In this document: positions 21,099-30,722 of the stretch, one piece after another
Layout: every line of letters starts with the position of its first letter
Numbering within the stretch: position 1 is the stretch's first letter
NCBI GenBank assembly: GCA_003482855.1
Contig: DMXO01000003.1
Span: 16,275-80,274, forward strand
DNA: 64,000 bases
Direction of reading: 5' to 3'
Origin: Candidatus Magasanikiibacteriota bacterium
GTDB lineage: Bacteria; Patescibacteriota; Patescibacteriia; Magasanikbacterales; UBA922
Notes under the pieces: model-generated
Databases searched by the model: none
Told to the model about the DNA's origin: nothing
What the model saw: the letters and a program-made list of their open reading frames with translations, nothing else
Translations under genes and position numbers: made by a program

Positions 21099-22037
21099 TC
21101 AAACTCCCAACACACGGCATTTCTCCATCCACTTCTCCTGATATTCTTGCCGTCGATCATTTTCATGAAACTTGAGCACGGCGTCATTGACGACCACACG
21201 TGTATCTGATAAGTGTCCTATACTATGTATATTTCGTTTCATTTTTCTTTGCTGTACATACTTCGCGTATGCATTCATGTTGTCATTAATAAAATACGCA
21301 AAAAATCTTTTGGCCCGTAATGACCAAGCTGTATCATCGACTCGATAACGATCCAAAAGAAAATATGACATCGATGCATAAGGCACATACACATAAGCCC
21401 ATGCGTTCGCCCGCTGTATACTCTCGTAGAGATCATCTGGGTCATACATAGGCACGAGCTGCGCTAACCAGTAGACAAGATATATATCAGGATGTGCAAT
21501 TCTAAGCGATGACATATTGAGATGCGAATCAGCTACGTAGAAGCTCAGACATATTTTATTTGCTATTCTTCTCTTCGTGCGTCGAAGTCTAAAAAAAGAA
21601 AGGGTAAGTGTAACTAACAATCTCGTAAACCATAGACGATTTTTTTTCACAACAATAAATACATCCACATCACTGTCTTCCTGTGCAGAAGATGAGGCGA
21701 CCGTATTGCAAACAAATACAGCGCGTACAAAAGGAATCCATTTTATCTTCTGTACTCCACGATGAGCAATCTTCATTTTTTGCTCCAAAAATGCAACACG
21801 TCGCTGACGCTGTGCGATAATTTTTTCTCTCCTTGGTAAAAAATAGAATCCATCACTACACGACCACATATGAAACGAATCGTCTTGTGAGAGAATATTC
21901 AAAAAATCTTTGTACTCCCATTGCCCTGTACTTTCAGTATACAAAAATCGATACAATTCCTCTTTGGTCAATGGATAATCAAATATGTCAAAATATGCAA
22001 GTGTGCGTACAATAGATTGTGCCAATGTTTGATCCAT
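21099..22037 (-). CDS. hypothetical protein with a nucleotidyltransferase-like motif
   Basis: CNTVASSSAQEDSDVDVFIV resembles the pol-beta-type GS...DxD motif. Confidence 0.45.
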   Translation of the reverse strand: MDQTLAQSIVRTLAYFDIFDYPLTKEELYRFLYTESTGQWEYKDFLNILSQDDSFHMWSCSDGFYFLPRREKIIAQRQRRVAFLEQKMKIAHRGVQKIKWIPFVRAVFVCNTVASSSAQEDSDVDVFIVVKKNRLWFTRLLVTLTLSFFRLRRTKRRIANKICLSFYVADSHLNMSSLRIAHPDIYLVYWLAQLVPMYDPDDLYESIQRANAWAYVYVPYASMSYFLLDRYRVDDTAWSLRAKRFFAYFINDNMNAYAKYVQQRKMKRNIHSIGHLSDTRVVVNDAVLKFHENDRRQEYQEKWMEKCRVLGV

Positions 22038-22054
22038 ATTACCCTAAGTGTACA

Positions 22055-22098
22055 GCAAAAAAATTAAAAATAAAAGTGAGTCTTTCAGACCCACTTAT
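22055..22098 (-). terminator. rho-independent terminator downstream of the PRC-barrel gene
   Basis: Hairpin aagtgggtc-tgaaag-actcactt followed on the minus strand by ttttatttttaattttttt. Confidence 0.5.
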
Positions 22099-22111
22099 TA
22101 TCTCTTTTTGA

Positions 22112-22417
22112 TTAATATTCTTCTATCATAGCGATAGGTTCAGGTGTAGACACAGACTGTTCATTCTTTTCTTCTGTTTTATTCTGCTCGGTAAGGGTCG
22201 TATCATCTACAATCATTTTATCTTGTTCAAACTGCACAACTTGGTCACGGCTCACTATATATTCTCTTTTGCCAAACACAGAAGACTTCACAATATATTG
22301 TGCAACGAGCTGTCCATCTGTCTGCAAAATAACATCATGTACCTTTCCCAAAACTACACCTGACTGTGTTTCAACAGGTAACTGTTTTAATTGCTTCAAA
22401 TTTATTTTCATATACAA
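22112..22417 (-). CDS. PRC-barrel domain protein
   Basis: GVVLGKVHDVILQTDGQ...YIV pattern. Confidence 0.55.
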   Translation of the reverse strand: MYMKINLKQLKQLPVETQSGVVLGKVHDVILQTDGQLVAQYIVKSSVFGKREYIVSRDQVVQFEQDKMIVDDTTLTEQNKTEEKNEQSVSTPEPIAMIEEY

Positions 22418-22445
22418 CAGTTATAACAATAAGACAATGAAACAA

Positions 22446-23201
22446 CTATTTTACTATTTTCCCCTCAACAACTCCACCTGGACCATTTCCTTCGTCTTTC
22501 TTCTTAAACAAAAGCACTTGTTGCAATGCTGTCAAACCGGTCGACAAAAACCAATATAATGCAAGACCTGCAGGAAGCTGGAAACCGATAATAACCGTAA
22601 TGAACGGCATAAAATAAGTCATTTGCTTATTCATCATAGCAGACATGCTTTCATCTTTGGCACCTTTGCCAGCCTCAACTGGCGGTTTTTTGTGAGAAAA
22701 CATTTTTGCCTGCAAAAATTGTGCTCCACCTGCAAGCAAGGCAAGAAAAATATTGCCGTTCTTGCTCAGGTCAAATAAACCTAAAGTAACAGAATTGATA
22801 TGTCCAGGACTTTTTACAAATGAATAAAGCAAGTCAAAATTATCAGATGTAAGTGCTGCTCGCAATACCCAATATAAGGCGATGAATATAGGCAATTGTA
22901 CAAGCAAAGGCAAACAAGATCCAAGAGGATTAACTTTATGTTCCTTATATAATTTCATGGTTTCTTGGGCAATCCGCTGTTGGTCCCCTTTATATTTTTG
23001 TTTTATTTCTTCAAGTTTTGGTTGTAATTCAGTCAATGCTTTCTGTGCTTTGATAGATTTACTTGTGGTAGGGTATAGTACCAGCTTGATAAGAATAGTG
23101 ACAATCAAAATCACCGCGCCTACATCTGGGATAAGGTTATATAATGCGACAAACGCATTAAAAATCGGCTGGTACAAAATGGCATTAAATAATTCACTCA
23201 T
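22446..23201 (-). CDS. yidC: membrane protein insertase YidC (short form)
   Basis: Five TM segments. ...NPLGSCLPLLVQLPIFIALYWVL... motif. Confidence 0.85.
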   Translation of the reverse strand: MSELFNAILYQPIFNAFVALYNLIPDVGAVILIVTILIKLVLYPTTSKSIKAQKALTELQPKLEEIKQKYKGDQQRIAQETMKLYKEHKVNPLGSCLPLLVQLPIFIALYWVLRAALTSDNFDLLYSFVKSPGHINSVTLGLFDLSKNGNIFLALLAGGAQFLQAKMFSHKKPPVEAGKGAKDESMSAMMNKQMTYFMPFITVIIGFQLPAGLALYWFLSTGLTALQQVLLFKKKDEGNGPGGVVEGKIVK

Positions 23202-23302
23202 ATATGGTTAATTTACTAAATTACGCGGGTGGGAGTATAACATAAACTTACTCAGCAATCAACCTTCTCCCATAACCACTCAAACCTCATATTCACAAGG
23301 AG

Positions 23303-23337
23303 TAAAAAATAAAATGACGAGCTAAAGCCCGTCATTT
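23303..23337 (-). terminator. rho-independent terminator downstream of nusA (aaatgacgggctttagctcgtcattt + U-tract on the minus strand)
   Basis: 8-bp stem plus T-tract, read directly. Confidence 0.5.
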
Positions 23338-23359
23338 CTAATACCAAATATTCAATAAT

Positions 23360-24679
23360 TTATTCTTCTTTCTTACTTTCCTCAACCTTCTTTTCAACAT
23401 CATCCTGTTGTACGGGCAGGTCTAGATCTGCCCCTGCTGGAGCTGCCTCTTCATGACTAACCCCTGCATCCTCCGGACCAACTTTTGGTTCAACTTCTCC
23501 CTCTACCACTTCTCCATCACTACTCACTTCTTGTGCCCCGCCCAAATCAACAACCTTGATTTTCCAGCCAGTAAGCTCGGCGGCGAGACGAACATTTTGT
23601 CCGCCACGGCCTATAGCTAAAGAAAACTGATCTGATGCCACATGCGCGATAGCTTCTTTGTTTTCTTCATCAAGATCTACATGGTCTACCTTTGCTGGAG
23701 ATAACGCGTGCTTGATATAGTCTCGCGCATCATCACTATATTGGATGACATCAATTTTTTCTCCACCCAGTTCATCTATAATAGTCGTGATACGACTGCC
23801 ACGTTGACCAATACATGATCCAATAGGATCAATACCTTCATCATCAGTCCATACAGCAACTTTTGAACGATTACCCGCATCGCGAGCTATGCCTTTTATA
23901 ATGACTTCTTCGTTGGCAATCTCTGGGATTTCTTGTTCAAACACCGTTTCGACCATGCGTTTTTCTTTTCTGGATAATATAATCTCTGGCCCACGACTAC
24001 CCATATTTACTGATATAATATAAAACTTCATGCGATTACCCAAATTGTAACGTTCGCGAGGCACTGTCTCACCTTGTGGCAAAATGCCAGTTATTTTACC
24101 AAGATCGATAAGGTATCCTCCTGTCCTGTCACGACGCTGTATGACACCTTGCGTAACACCACCTTCTTGAGTTTTGAAATCATCAAATACCGTGTTACGT
24201 TCTGCTTCACGAAGCTTTTGTATGATGACTTGTTTGGCAGTTTGCGCAGCCATACGACCAAAATCTCCAGGAACTTCCAAATCAATCTTGAGTATATCGC
24301 CTATTTTTGCTTTTTTGTTGTGTGCCACAGCGTCTTTCATCATAATCTGTGTCTTTGGATTAAATCGTAAAAGACCTTCCATTTCTTCTTCGGATAATTC
24401 ACGATCTTCTTTGCGTGCTTCTTCACGACGACGGGTAAGCTCTTCCTGATCTTTTTCAAGTTGTTCTTCATCAATATCTTCGACAACTTCTTTTTCATCC
24501 CACATTTTCATATTGCCAGTCTCTGGATCAAAAATACACATGATATTCTGTTGACGATTACCAAAATCTTTGCGATATGCAGCAGCAAGCGCTGATTGAA
24601 GCGCGTCCATGACAATATCATAATTAAGTCCTTTTTCATCACAGATAAACTGGATGCTTTTTGTGATTTCTGATGACAT
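23360..24679 (-). CDS. nusA: transcription termination/antitermination factor NusA
   Basis: N-terminal NusA domain, S1/KH region, long acidic C-terminal tail. 439 aa. Confidence 0.9.
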   Translation of the reverse strand: MSSEITKSIQFICDEKGLNYDIVMDALQSALAAAYRKDFGNRQQNIMCIFDPETGNMKMWDEKEVVEDIDEEQLEKDQEELTRRREEARKEDRELSEEEMEGLLRFNPKTQIMMKDAVAHNKKAKIGDILKIDLEVPGDFGRMAAQTAKQVIIQKLREAERNTVFDDFKTQEGGVTQGVIQRRDRTGGYLIDLGKITGILPQGETVPRERYNLGNRMKFYIISVNMGSRGPEIILSRKEKRMVETVFEQEIPEIANEEVIIKGIARDAGNRSKVAVWTDDEGIDPIGSCIGQRGSRITTIIDELGGEKIDVIQYSDDARDYIKHALSPAKVDHVDLDEENKEAIAHVASDQFSLAIGRGGQNVRLAAELTGWKIKVVDLGGAQEVSSDGEVVEGEVEPKVGPEDAGVSHEEAAPAGADLDLPVQQDDVEKKVEESKKEE

Positions 24680-24705
24680 AATATTGAGTACACTAATTTA
24701 AATGG

Positions 24706-24757
24706 ATTTCGCAGATTCAAATCAGTGTAATCTGACTAATCTGTGGAATCAATGTGT
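24706..24757. repeat. ~45-bp repeat element immediately upstream of nusA (…aatcagtgtaatctgactaatctgtggaatcaatgtg)
   Basis: Aligns with the element upstream of trpS (51236..51313), with only a few mismatches over ~45 nt. Confidence 0.55.
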
Positions 24758-24843
24758 AAAAAAAGTAGCATCTTCATGATGCTACTTACATATACATAAT
24801 ACCATACACAAGACATTTTGTCAAATCTATGTGCACACAATGA

Positions 24844-25239
24844 CTAACCCATTGGTATCTCATAGTGATTAATTTCAAATCTGCCATGTACCATACACAA
24901 ACTCACCTGCTCAAATTGTATAGGAGTATGATCAATATCTATACCGTGTTTCAAACAATAAAGCCACCCAACAGATTTCAACGCACTCATCTTCTTTTTG
25001 CCAACAGCACGCTCGGCACTGCCGTCACTTCTCTCTCGTGTTTTTACTTCAACAAAACATAATGTCTTTCCAAAGTGGGGCTTTGTCGACCATGCGATAA
25101 TATCTATCTCCCCTTTTTTGGGGATGCTAAAATTGCGATCAATAACCTCATAACCTCTCTGTAATAAAAAAGAGGCTGCTTTTTCTTCGCCCCATGTGCC
25201 TATTTGTTGTTGCTTAGTTTTTGTCATACCCTCCCCCAA
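24844..25239 (-). CDS. yraN: YraN-family (UPF0102) endonuclease
   Basis: GEEKAASFLLQRGYEVIDRN...GEIDIIAW...FVEVKTR. Confidence 0.8.
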   Translation of the reverse strand: MGEGMTKTKQQQIGTWGEEKAASFLLQRGYEVIDRNFSIPKKGEIDIIAWSTKPHFGKTLCFVEVKTRERSDGSAERAVGKKKMSALKSVGWLYCLKHGIDIDHTPIQFEQVSLCMVHGRFEINHYEIPMG

Positions 25240-25282
25240 AAAATTAGACAGCTGTGCTAGCTAAAAAACTCAGATGGCTCGA

Positions 25283-25837
25283 CTACTCCTGCCTAAACAA
25301 AATCATACACCTATGATAAGGACCGACACCGAAATCATCCTGCACTACAAAACCCGCGTTGATAGCCCATGTTTGTATTTTATCAAAATCTACTAATGAA
25401 TGTTCGTCAGGGCCAATGGCTGCGAGTCTACGCATCCAATCAACCACTACAATCCTGCTTTTATCCTTGAGAACACGGGCCGCCTCTTGTAACGGCTTTG
25501 TATAATCCTCAAAATGAAACAAAACATTAACAAAAAAAGCAACATCCAAAGTCCTCGGGGCAATAGACAAACCACCCAATTGTTCAATATCTGCCCATAT
25601 TGTTTCGACATTATGTATTGCTTCAAGCGCAGCACGGCGACGTATACTTTCGAGTACATCTTTCAAAATATCTACAGCATATACAATCCCACGTTCACCA
25701 AGTACCTTTGATCCTGGAAATACAATATGCCCAGTGCGTCCACACCCAAAATCTGCAATATGCATACCTTCATGTATATGTGCGTGCTCAAATAATTCTT
25801 GTGGATTGATAAGTTGATTGCCAGAATGATAACTCAT
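25283..25837 (-). CDS. class I SAM-dependent methyltransferase
   Basis: IADFGCGRTGH glycine-rich motif I. Confidence 0.75.
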   Translation of the reverse strand: MSYHSGNQLINPQELFEHAHIHEGMHIADFGCGRTGHIVFPGSKVLGERGIVYAVDILKDVLESIRRRAALEAIHNVETIWADIEQLGGLSIAPRTLDVAFFVNVLFHFEDYTKPLQEAARVLKDKSRIVVVDWMRRLAAIGPDEHSLVDFDKIQTWAINAGFVVQDDFGVGPYHRCMILFRQE

Positions 25838-26082
25838 ACATTCATACCAAATAATCTGCCAAATATACCAATGATCATTTCACCAAGTAAACCCGTCATA
25901 GCTGCAAGCGAACCAAATATAAAAACAATACCTAAAATTTTGTACATGAGATGTGTACCACCACCGCCCAATTTTGCTTCTGCCCATTCGCTATGACCAA
26001 AATTTTCTACAAACCAAGCAGTTTTTATTACCATGAGCGCCCCCACAACTATGACAAGCCCACCCAAAATATATTTCATCAT
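25834..26082 (-). CDS. small membrane protein (2 TM), hypothetical
   Basis: 4-nt start/stop overlap with the downstream methyltransferase gene. Confidence 0.45.
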   Translation of the reverse strand: MMKYILGGLVIVVGALMVIKTAWFVENFGHSEWAEAKLGGGGTHLMYKILGIVFIFGSLAAMTGLLGEMIIGIFGRLFGMNV

Positions 26083-26132
26083 ATTATATAATGCAGTTAA
26101 ACATCCTCCATCCCCAATATCATACCATAAAA

Positions 26133-28109
26133 TCAGTCATTTATGTAGTACATGGGCTCTCCTTGTTTGTTCCACGAAACTTTGACAACATCTCCATCAA
26201 CTGCGTTGTCGACAATATGTGAACGGAGATACTGAGTAGATGTATCAAACACACTGACACGATAATTTATTTTTGTTCTCTCTTGTCCTCGATCATATTC
26301 CAAAAGAGCAATATACTGCCCATCTGGAGACCAAACAGGAGTCTCTGCATAGCACGAAGCACCACAGACATCAAATGAATTTACTTCAATACTATCGTAG
26401 GTATCAGAATCAATATGATATATATATAAATCAGATCTCCCTACACCGTGGGCAGTGGTAAATGCCACATGTTTTGCATCAGGTGACCATACAAATACAC
26501 CGACATCTGGATATGATCCTACCTCCTCTTTGAGGGGCACCCTATTTTCGAAATCTTTGTAATTTTCAACATCAAAAAAAGAAATGCTATACGCTTCATC
26601 AGCTTCAAGCGCTATGAAATGTTTGTCTGGAGACAATTCAAGTACTCTATTACTCGTCAAATATTTATATCCGTTATCATATTTATATGATAATTGATAT
26701 GTCCGGATCGTCTCAGAGCCGACTTGTTCTGTATTCAAAGTCTCAAGCAAGGGTGTGGGGCCAAAATCCATATTCCCTGCTAGATAACTCAATTTTTCGC
26801 TATACACAAGACGATAAATAACCCCAGCTTTGTCATCGGATATATACATCACTCCATCTGGTTCTACCAATATATCTACGGGACGACCAAGAGCACCATC
26901 ATCAGTGAGCCAACCTGAAACAAAATCATATGAACCTACATAATTTCCTTCCGCATCAAAATCCAAACGTACAACTTTGTACCCGACTGGCTTGGTGCTA
27001 TTCCATGAACCATGATATGCAACAAGCAAATCACCCCACATATATTCTGGCCATCCTTCACTGTGCGGAATAAATGCAAATCCGAGTGGTGCAACGTGCG
27101 CAGGAAGATCAATATAACTCCCTATTTTGTTATTATTTTCATTACATGGATCAATACCATAATCTCTTTGGTCATAATCGCTATCAAATACATTTTTACC
27201 ATAACAAAGTGGCCATCCATAATCTTTCGGTACATCATTTGAATCAAGCTCTCGAGATTTAATTATATTTATTTCATCAGGAGGCAAATCATCTCCCAAT
27301 AAATCTCTCCCCATTTCAGTTGCCCATACCTCACCTGTCGTTGGGTGAGTAGTCATAAAAACACTATTGCGTAAACCAGTGGCATAATGTTGCCAAGCAC
27401 CAGTCTCTGGTTCAACTGCAATAATCGACGCGCGTCGGTTATCTTCCTCATCACACACATTACATGACGAACCAATAGATACAAGCAACATATCATCAGA
27501 GATAAACTGTAATGAACGTGTAGTGTGACGCCCTCCTTGTGGAAGTGCAGTGATTTCTTTTCTATCGAAAACTTGGTAAGTATCGATATCATAATTGTAA
27601 CGCGATACAACGTGTTCTTCAGCTACATAAAGTTCACATACATCATGGCAGCCTCCGCCTGTACCGTCTGGATTCAATTCTATACACGTCGTAATACAAT
27701 CACCAAATGTAAAGCCGTGGGGTTTATTGAGATCAGATACTACATCAATTGTTTCATCAGACACATTGTCCCCATTGGTATCACGCAAGGCAACAATTTT
27801 ACCTTGTGTAGGAATACTTACCAATAGTTCTCCTCTTTGACCCGTGTGCATGACACGAGGGCCATCCAAATCTTGTGCAAAAACAGAGATAGCAAAACCA
27901 TCAGGTAACATGAGAGGAAAATTTGTATTGTTTTGTTCAGAAGACAACTGTCCTTGCCCATTATAATCTTCTAATATGCGTACGATATCACCCGAAGGTT
28001 TGCCTATGGCGGGTCCTACTCCGCGCAAATACGAATACCAAAACCAGCCAACATATAAAAATGTAACGACAATGATGAAAATAATAATACCCAAAATTAT
28101 TTTTTTCAT
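26133..28109 (-). CDS. secreted/membrane-anchored beta-propeller protein (GSDH-like N-terminal part, TolB-like C-terminal repeats)
   Basis: N-terminal TM/signal segment. Repeated ...VWSPD(A/G)K... propeller blades. Confidence 0.55.
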   Translation of the reverse strand: MKKIILGIIIFIIVVTFLYVGWFWYSYLRGVGPAIGKPSGDIVRILEDYNGQGQLSSEQNNTNFPLMLPDGFAISVFAQDLDGPRVMHTGQRGELLVSIPTQGKIVALRDTNGDNVSDETIDVVSDLNKPHGFTFGDCITTCIELNPDGTGGGCHDVCELYVAEEHVVSRYNYDIDTYQVFDRKEITALPQGGRHTTRSLQFISDDMLLVSIGSSCNVCDEEDNRRASIIAVEPETGAWQHYATGLRNSVFMTTHPTTGEVWATEMGRDLLGDDLPPDEINIIKSRELDSNDVPKDYGWPLCYGKNVFDSDYDQRDYGIDPCNENNNKIGSYIDLPAHVAPLGFAFIPHSEGWPEYMWGDLLVAYHGSWNSTKPVGYKVVRLDFDAEGNYVGSYDFVSGWLTDDGALGRPVDILVEPDGVMYISDDKAGVIYRLVYSEKLSYLAGNMDFGPTPLLETLNTEQVGSETIRTYQLSYKYDNGYKYLTSNRVLELSPDKHFIALEADEAYSISFFDVENYKDFENRVPLKEEVGSYPDVGVFVWSPDAKHVAFTTAHGVGRSDLYIYHIDSDTYDSIEVNSFDVCGASCYAETPVWSPDGQYIALLEYDRGQERTKINYRVSVFDTSTQYLRSHIVDNAVDGDVVKVSWNKQGEPMYYIND

Positions 28110-28855
28110 AGATCTTTATTCAAAAAATTTTTAACATTCCTCCATACTAGCCATTTCGTCAATAATGACGTAGATATATGCCCACCTTTTTTTCGTGAAA
28201 TGAATACACACCCGATATCATGAGCAAATTTTTTCACTGGTTCATACGACACAACCTCATCGTCTTGCGCATGCATAATCAAAATTTTCTGAGGATCGAA
28301 TTCTTTTGTGTGATTGACCGGGTTAAAAAATGTACCTGATTCCAATTTTTTCCAATTTTCATCTGAAAACCGATAACCACCTCCATACCCTTGTCTGATA
28401 ATATTTTTTAAATAATCCAAAGACTCAGTATCTTCCTGATATGTCCAATCAATGGGTGGACACAACGCGACTATCTTATACACTTTTTCACTGAGTGACG
28501 ACATGAGCGCAGCAGTACCACCAAAACTTGAACCGATCACAAAAATACGTCTTGCCTCCACCTTATATTCTACTCCATCCCAGATACTGGCAAAGGGTTT
28601 TGTCAAGGATTCTATAACTCCCCAAATATCCTCTTCAGGAGAGTGAGACAAAAATTCCCCATCACTTTCCCACGTGCCTGTATAGCGTATATGAAACACC
28701 CAAAAATTTTTCTTTGACAAAAACCGTATCAGTTTCTTCTTCGCTGGTAGAGTAGGAAGACCATCGCAAAGAATAATCACATCATGTGATTCTTTTTTTG
28801 GTGGAAGAAATTCTGCAACAATGCCGTTTTGGAATTGTGTTCGAAGTAAATGCAT
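28106..28855 (-). CDS. alpha/beta hydrolase
   Basis: GSSFGG nucleophile elbow. Overlaps the upstream gene by 4 nt. Confidence 0.7.
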   Translation of the reverse strand: MHLLRTQFQNGIVAEFLPPKKESHDVIILCDGLPTLPAKKKLIRFLSKKNFWVFHIRYTGTWESDGEFLSHSPEEDIWGVIESLTKPFASIWDGVEYKVEARRIFVIGSSFGGTAALMSSLSEKVYKIVALCPPIDWTYQEDTESLDYLKNIIRQGYGGGYRFSDENWKKLESGTFFNPVNHTKEFDPQKILIMHAQDDEVVSYEPVKKFAHDIGCVFISRKKGGHISTSLLTKWLVWRNVKNFLNKDL

Positions 28856-29115
28856 ATGTGAATGACTGAATTTTAGGTTATAGGTTATAGGTATTAGGTA
28901 GATTAGATTTTTAAATCAGAATATATAATACTTATCTAAATACCTATAACCTAATACCTTCTAATAATATCATAATCTTGACATTGGTTCCAAAAGATGT
29001 TTATATAAAATACTTTGTTCTTTATATACATCGTTGGTGCTGTACCTATTTATTTATACAAATAGATATATACGGCATCAACGACGCGGGCGATGACCCG
29101 CACAGGAGGGATCTC

Positions 29116-29826
29116 ATGACCAGACAGTTCAGGAAGGGCCGGCCTCGGCGAAAGAAGGGGCAGCAGGCCCCGACGGGGACGAGGCCGAAGGAGTGGCGCA
29201 AGAAGTACACGAACGACGAAGATGACGTCGATGACAACGAGGTGAAGGGGTGGATTGGCTTCGCCCTGCTCGCCTTCGTCATCATCGTGATCGCTGTGTT
29301 CGTGTTGGTCGTCTTCGTCTCGTGCGCCATCGAGGGCGCCGAGTGGCAGGATGGCACCCTGGACACCGACGACCCCCCCACGATCGGAGAGGTCGTCGAG
29401 TCGGACAGCAGTGTCCGCCACTGCACGGGGGGCCTCCCATTCTGCGACTGCGAGACCGACGCCGACTGCCCGGAGGAGTACATCTGCAGCGATCGCTACG
29501 GCTCGCTCTCGTGCGTCGGGCCCGAGTGCACGCCCGACGATGAGGAGGGCATATACAGCGACTGCGACGACGACGAGCGCTGCAGCTTCGACCGCTGCTA
29601 CGAAGGGCGGTGCTTCTACACCCAGTGGACGCACATCCCGGAGTGCTACGGTGAGTCGTCGTGCTACGTGGACGACGACTGCGAAGCGCCGCCCGGCTTC
29701 GAGCCGGGTCCATGCGTCGCGTACGGGTGCTTCCTCCCGAGCGGCGTCTGTGGCGCCGTCGTGCTCGACGGGGAGTCGTGCTCCGCCGGGCTCGGGGTGT
29801 GCGACCCCGATGGCGTGTGCCGCTGA
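29116..29826 (+). CDS. GC-rich single-pass membrane protein with basic N-terminal tail and acidic Cys-rich (CxxDxDC…GxC) extracellular repeats
   Basis: Start set at the ATG preceded by AGGAGGG (29104-29110). The ORF-track start at 28978 lies in AT-rich non-coding DNA. About 30 Cys residues in 4 repeat units. G/C-dominated third positions. Confidence 0.6.
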   Translation: MTRQFRKGRPRRKKGQQAPTGTRPKEWRKKYTNDEDDVDDNEVKGWIGFALLAFVIIVIAVFVLVVFVSCAIEGAEWQDGTLDTDDPPTIGEVVESDSSVRHCTGGLPFCDCETDADCPEEYICSDRYGSLSCVGPECTPDDEEGIYSDCDDDERCSFDRCYEGRCFYTQWTHIPECYGESSCYVDDDCEAPPGFEPGPCVAYGCFLPSGVCGAVVLDGESCSAGLGVCDPDGVCR

Positions 29827-29922
29827 CCATGTCCGGCAAGCATAAAAAACTCAAGGAGACGCGATCGTGGGGGCGATCGCATGGAGTTCAGTGTCCCGAT
29901 GTATATCGGGATAGTGAAATAC

Positions 29923-29957
29923 AAAAATCCGCTGAAAAAGCGGATTTTTGTATTTTG
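29923..29957. terminator. bidirectional rho-independent terminator (aaaaatccgc-tgaaaaa-gcggattttt)
   Basis: 10-bp stem flanked by A- and T-tracts. Confidence 0.6.
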
Positions 29958-29963
29958 CATTTA

Positions 29964-30131
29964 CTATTCTGCCTTTTCATCATCTTCATCCACCATGTGT
30001 TCAGGTGCGTCGCATGAACACTCTTTAAGTGGTTGTCCATGCATAGAACAACTTTCTGCTTGGCATGTACCCGGATGTGCTGAGACGCCACCACATTCCC
30101 CAGTACATACATAATGTGTAGTGCCTTCCAT
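29964..30131 (-). CDS. 55-aa Cys-rich putative metal-binding protein (heavy-metal-binding-domain-like Y.C…HPG.C…C.M..L pattern)
   Basis: Manual translation gives MEGTTHYVCTGECGGVSAHPGTCQAESCSMHGQPLKECSCDAPEHMVDEDDEKAE, with a double stop. Starts 9 nt after the HD-domain gene stop. Not in the ORF track. Confidence 0.45.
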   Translation of the reverse strand: MEGTTHYVCTGECGGVSAHPGTCQAESCSMHGQPLKECSCDAPEHMVDEDDEKAE

Positions 30132-30140
30132 ATAATTATA

Positions 30141-30719
30141 TTAAGAATTAACATTGAAAACTTTTTTTGCTCGTTCAAATGTACGATTGAGCTCAGTCAA
30201 AATCGGACTATCCAATCGCTCTTCCAAAATCATAAGTGCTTGCTTATAAAACCACAAACGTTTATCAGCCGGAGCATTGAATCGTTTCCACATCTCATCT
30301 CCATACGTCTCATAATCATAGAGCATGGATGATAAATTGTGGAGTTTGTCTGCAGCACTTACGAGAAGCGTCTTCTCTGTCATAGTTTTCATGAGAGACA
30401 AATACCGCTCTTTGCGTTCGAGCCATGGTATATCTCCCTCGTCACGCTTTTTTACCTCGGTCATAGACTCGACCATGGTACGCACAGTATTCCCAAAATC
30501 TTTTTCTACCTCATCACAAGTATAATCAGTCTCTTCCACGGTATCATGCAAAATACCTGCCACGATTGAATCTTCGTCATCCGTATAATCCATAAGTATG
30601 AGCGCGACAGCAAACGGATGTGTCACAAACGGCGTCAATCCATCCCCTTTGCGCAGTTGCCCACGATGTAATAATGTTGCTTTTCGAATCGCCTGTTCTA
30701 TGGTATGAGAATATCGCAT
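30141..30719 (-). CDS. HD-domain (RelA/SpoT-like) phosphohydrolase
   Basis: HPFAVALIL...AGILHDTVEETDYT HD motif. Confidence 0.7.
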   Translation of the reverse strand: MRYSHTIEQAIRKATLLHRGQLRKGDGLTPFVTHPFAVALILMDYTDDEDSIVAGILHDTVEETDYTCDEVEKDFGNTVRTMVESMTEVKKRDEGDIPWLERKERYLSLMKTMTEKTLLVSAADKLHNLSSMLYDYETYGDEMWKRFNAPADKRLWFYKQALMILEERLDSPILTELNRTFERAKKVFNVNS

Positions 30720-30722
30720 ATA

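Noticed and set aside
28978-29115. N-terminal extension of the Cys-rich ORF back to 28978 (MTLVPKDVYIKYFVLYIHRWCC…)
   Set aside because: The extension is AT-rich, while the gene is GC-rich. A perfect AGGAGG SD precedes the internal ATG at 29116.
29050-29854. Several overlapping ORFs (29050..29634-, 29282..29854-, 29351..29845+, 29250..29543+, 29661..30017+, 29664..29960-) around the Cys-rich gene
   Set aside because: All lie within the GC-rich Cys-rich protein gene on other frames or strands, or span the downstream terminator. Only 29116..29826 has an SD and a coherent TM plus Cys-repeat architecture.
29881-30178. ORFs 29881..30114+ (77 aa) and 29888..30178- (96 aa)
   Set aside because: The plus ORF runs through the bidirectional terminator. 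The minus ORF overlaps the HD-domain gene in another frame. The 55-aa same-strand ORF at 29964..30131 explains the region better.
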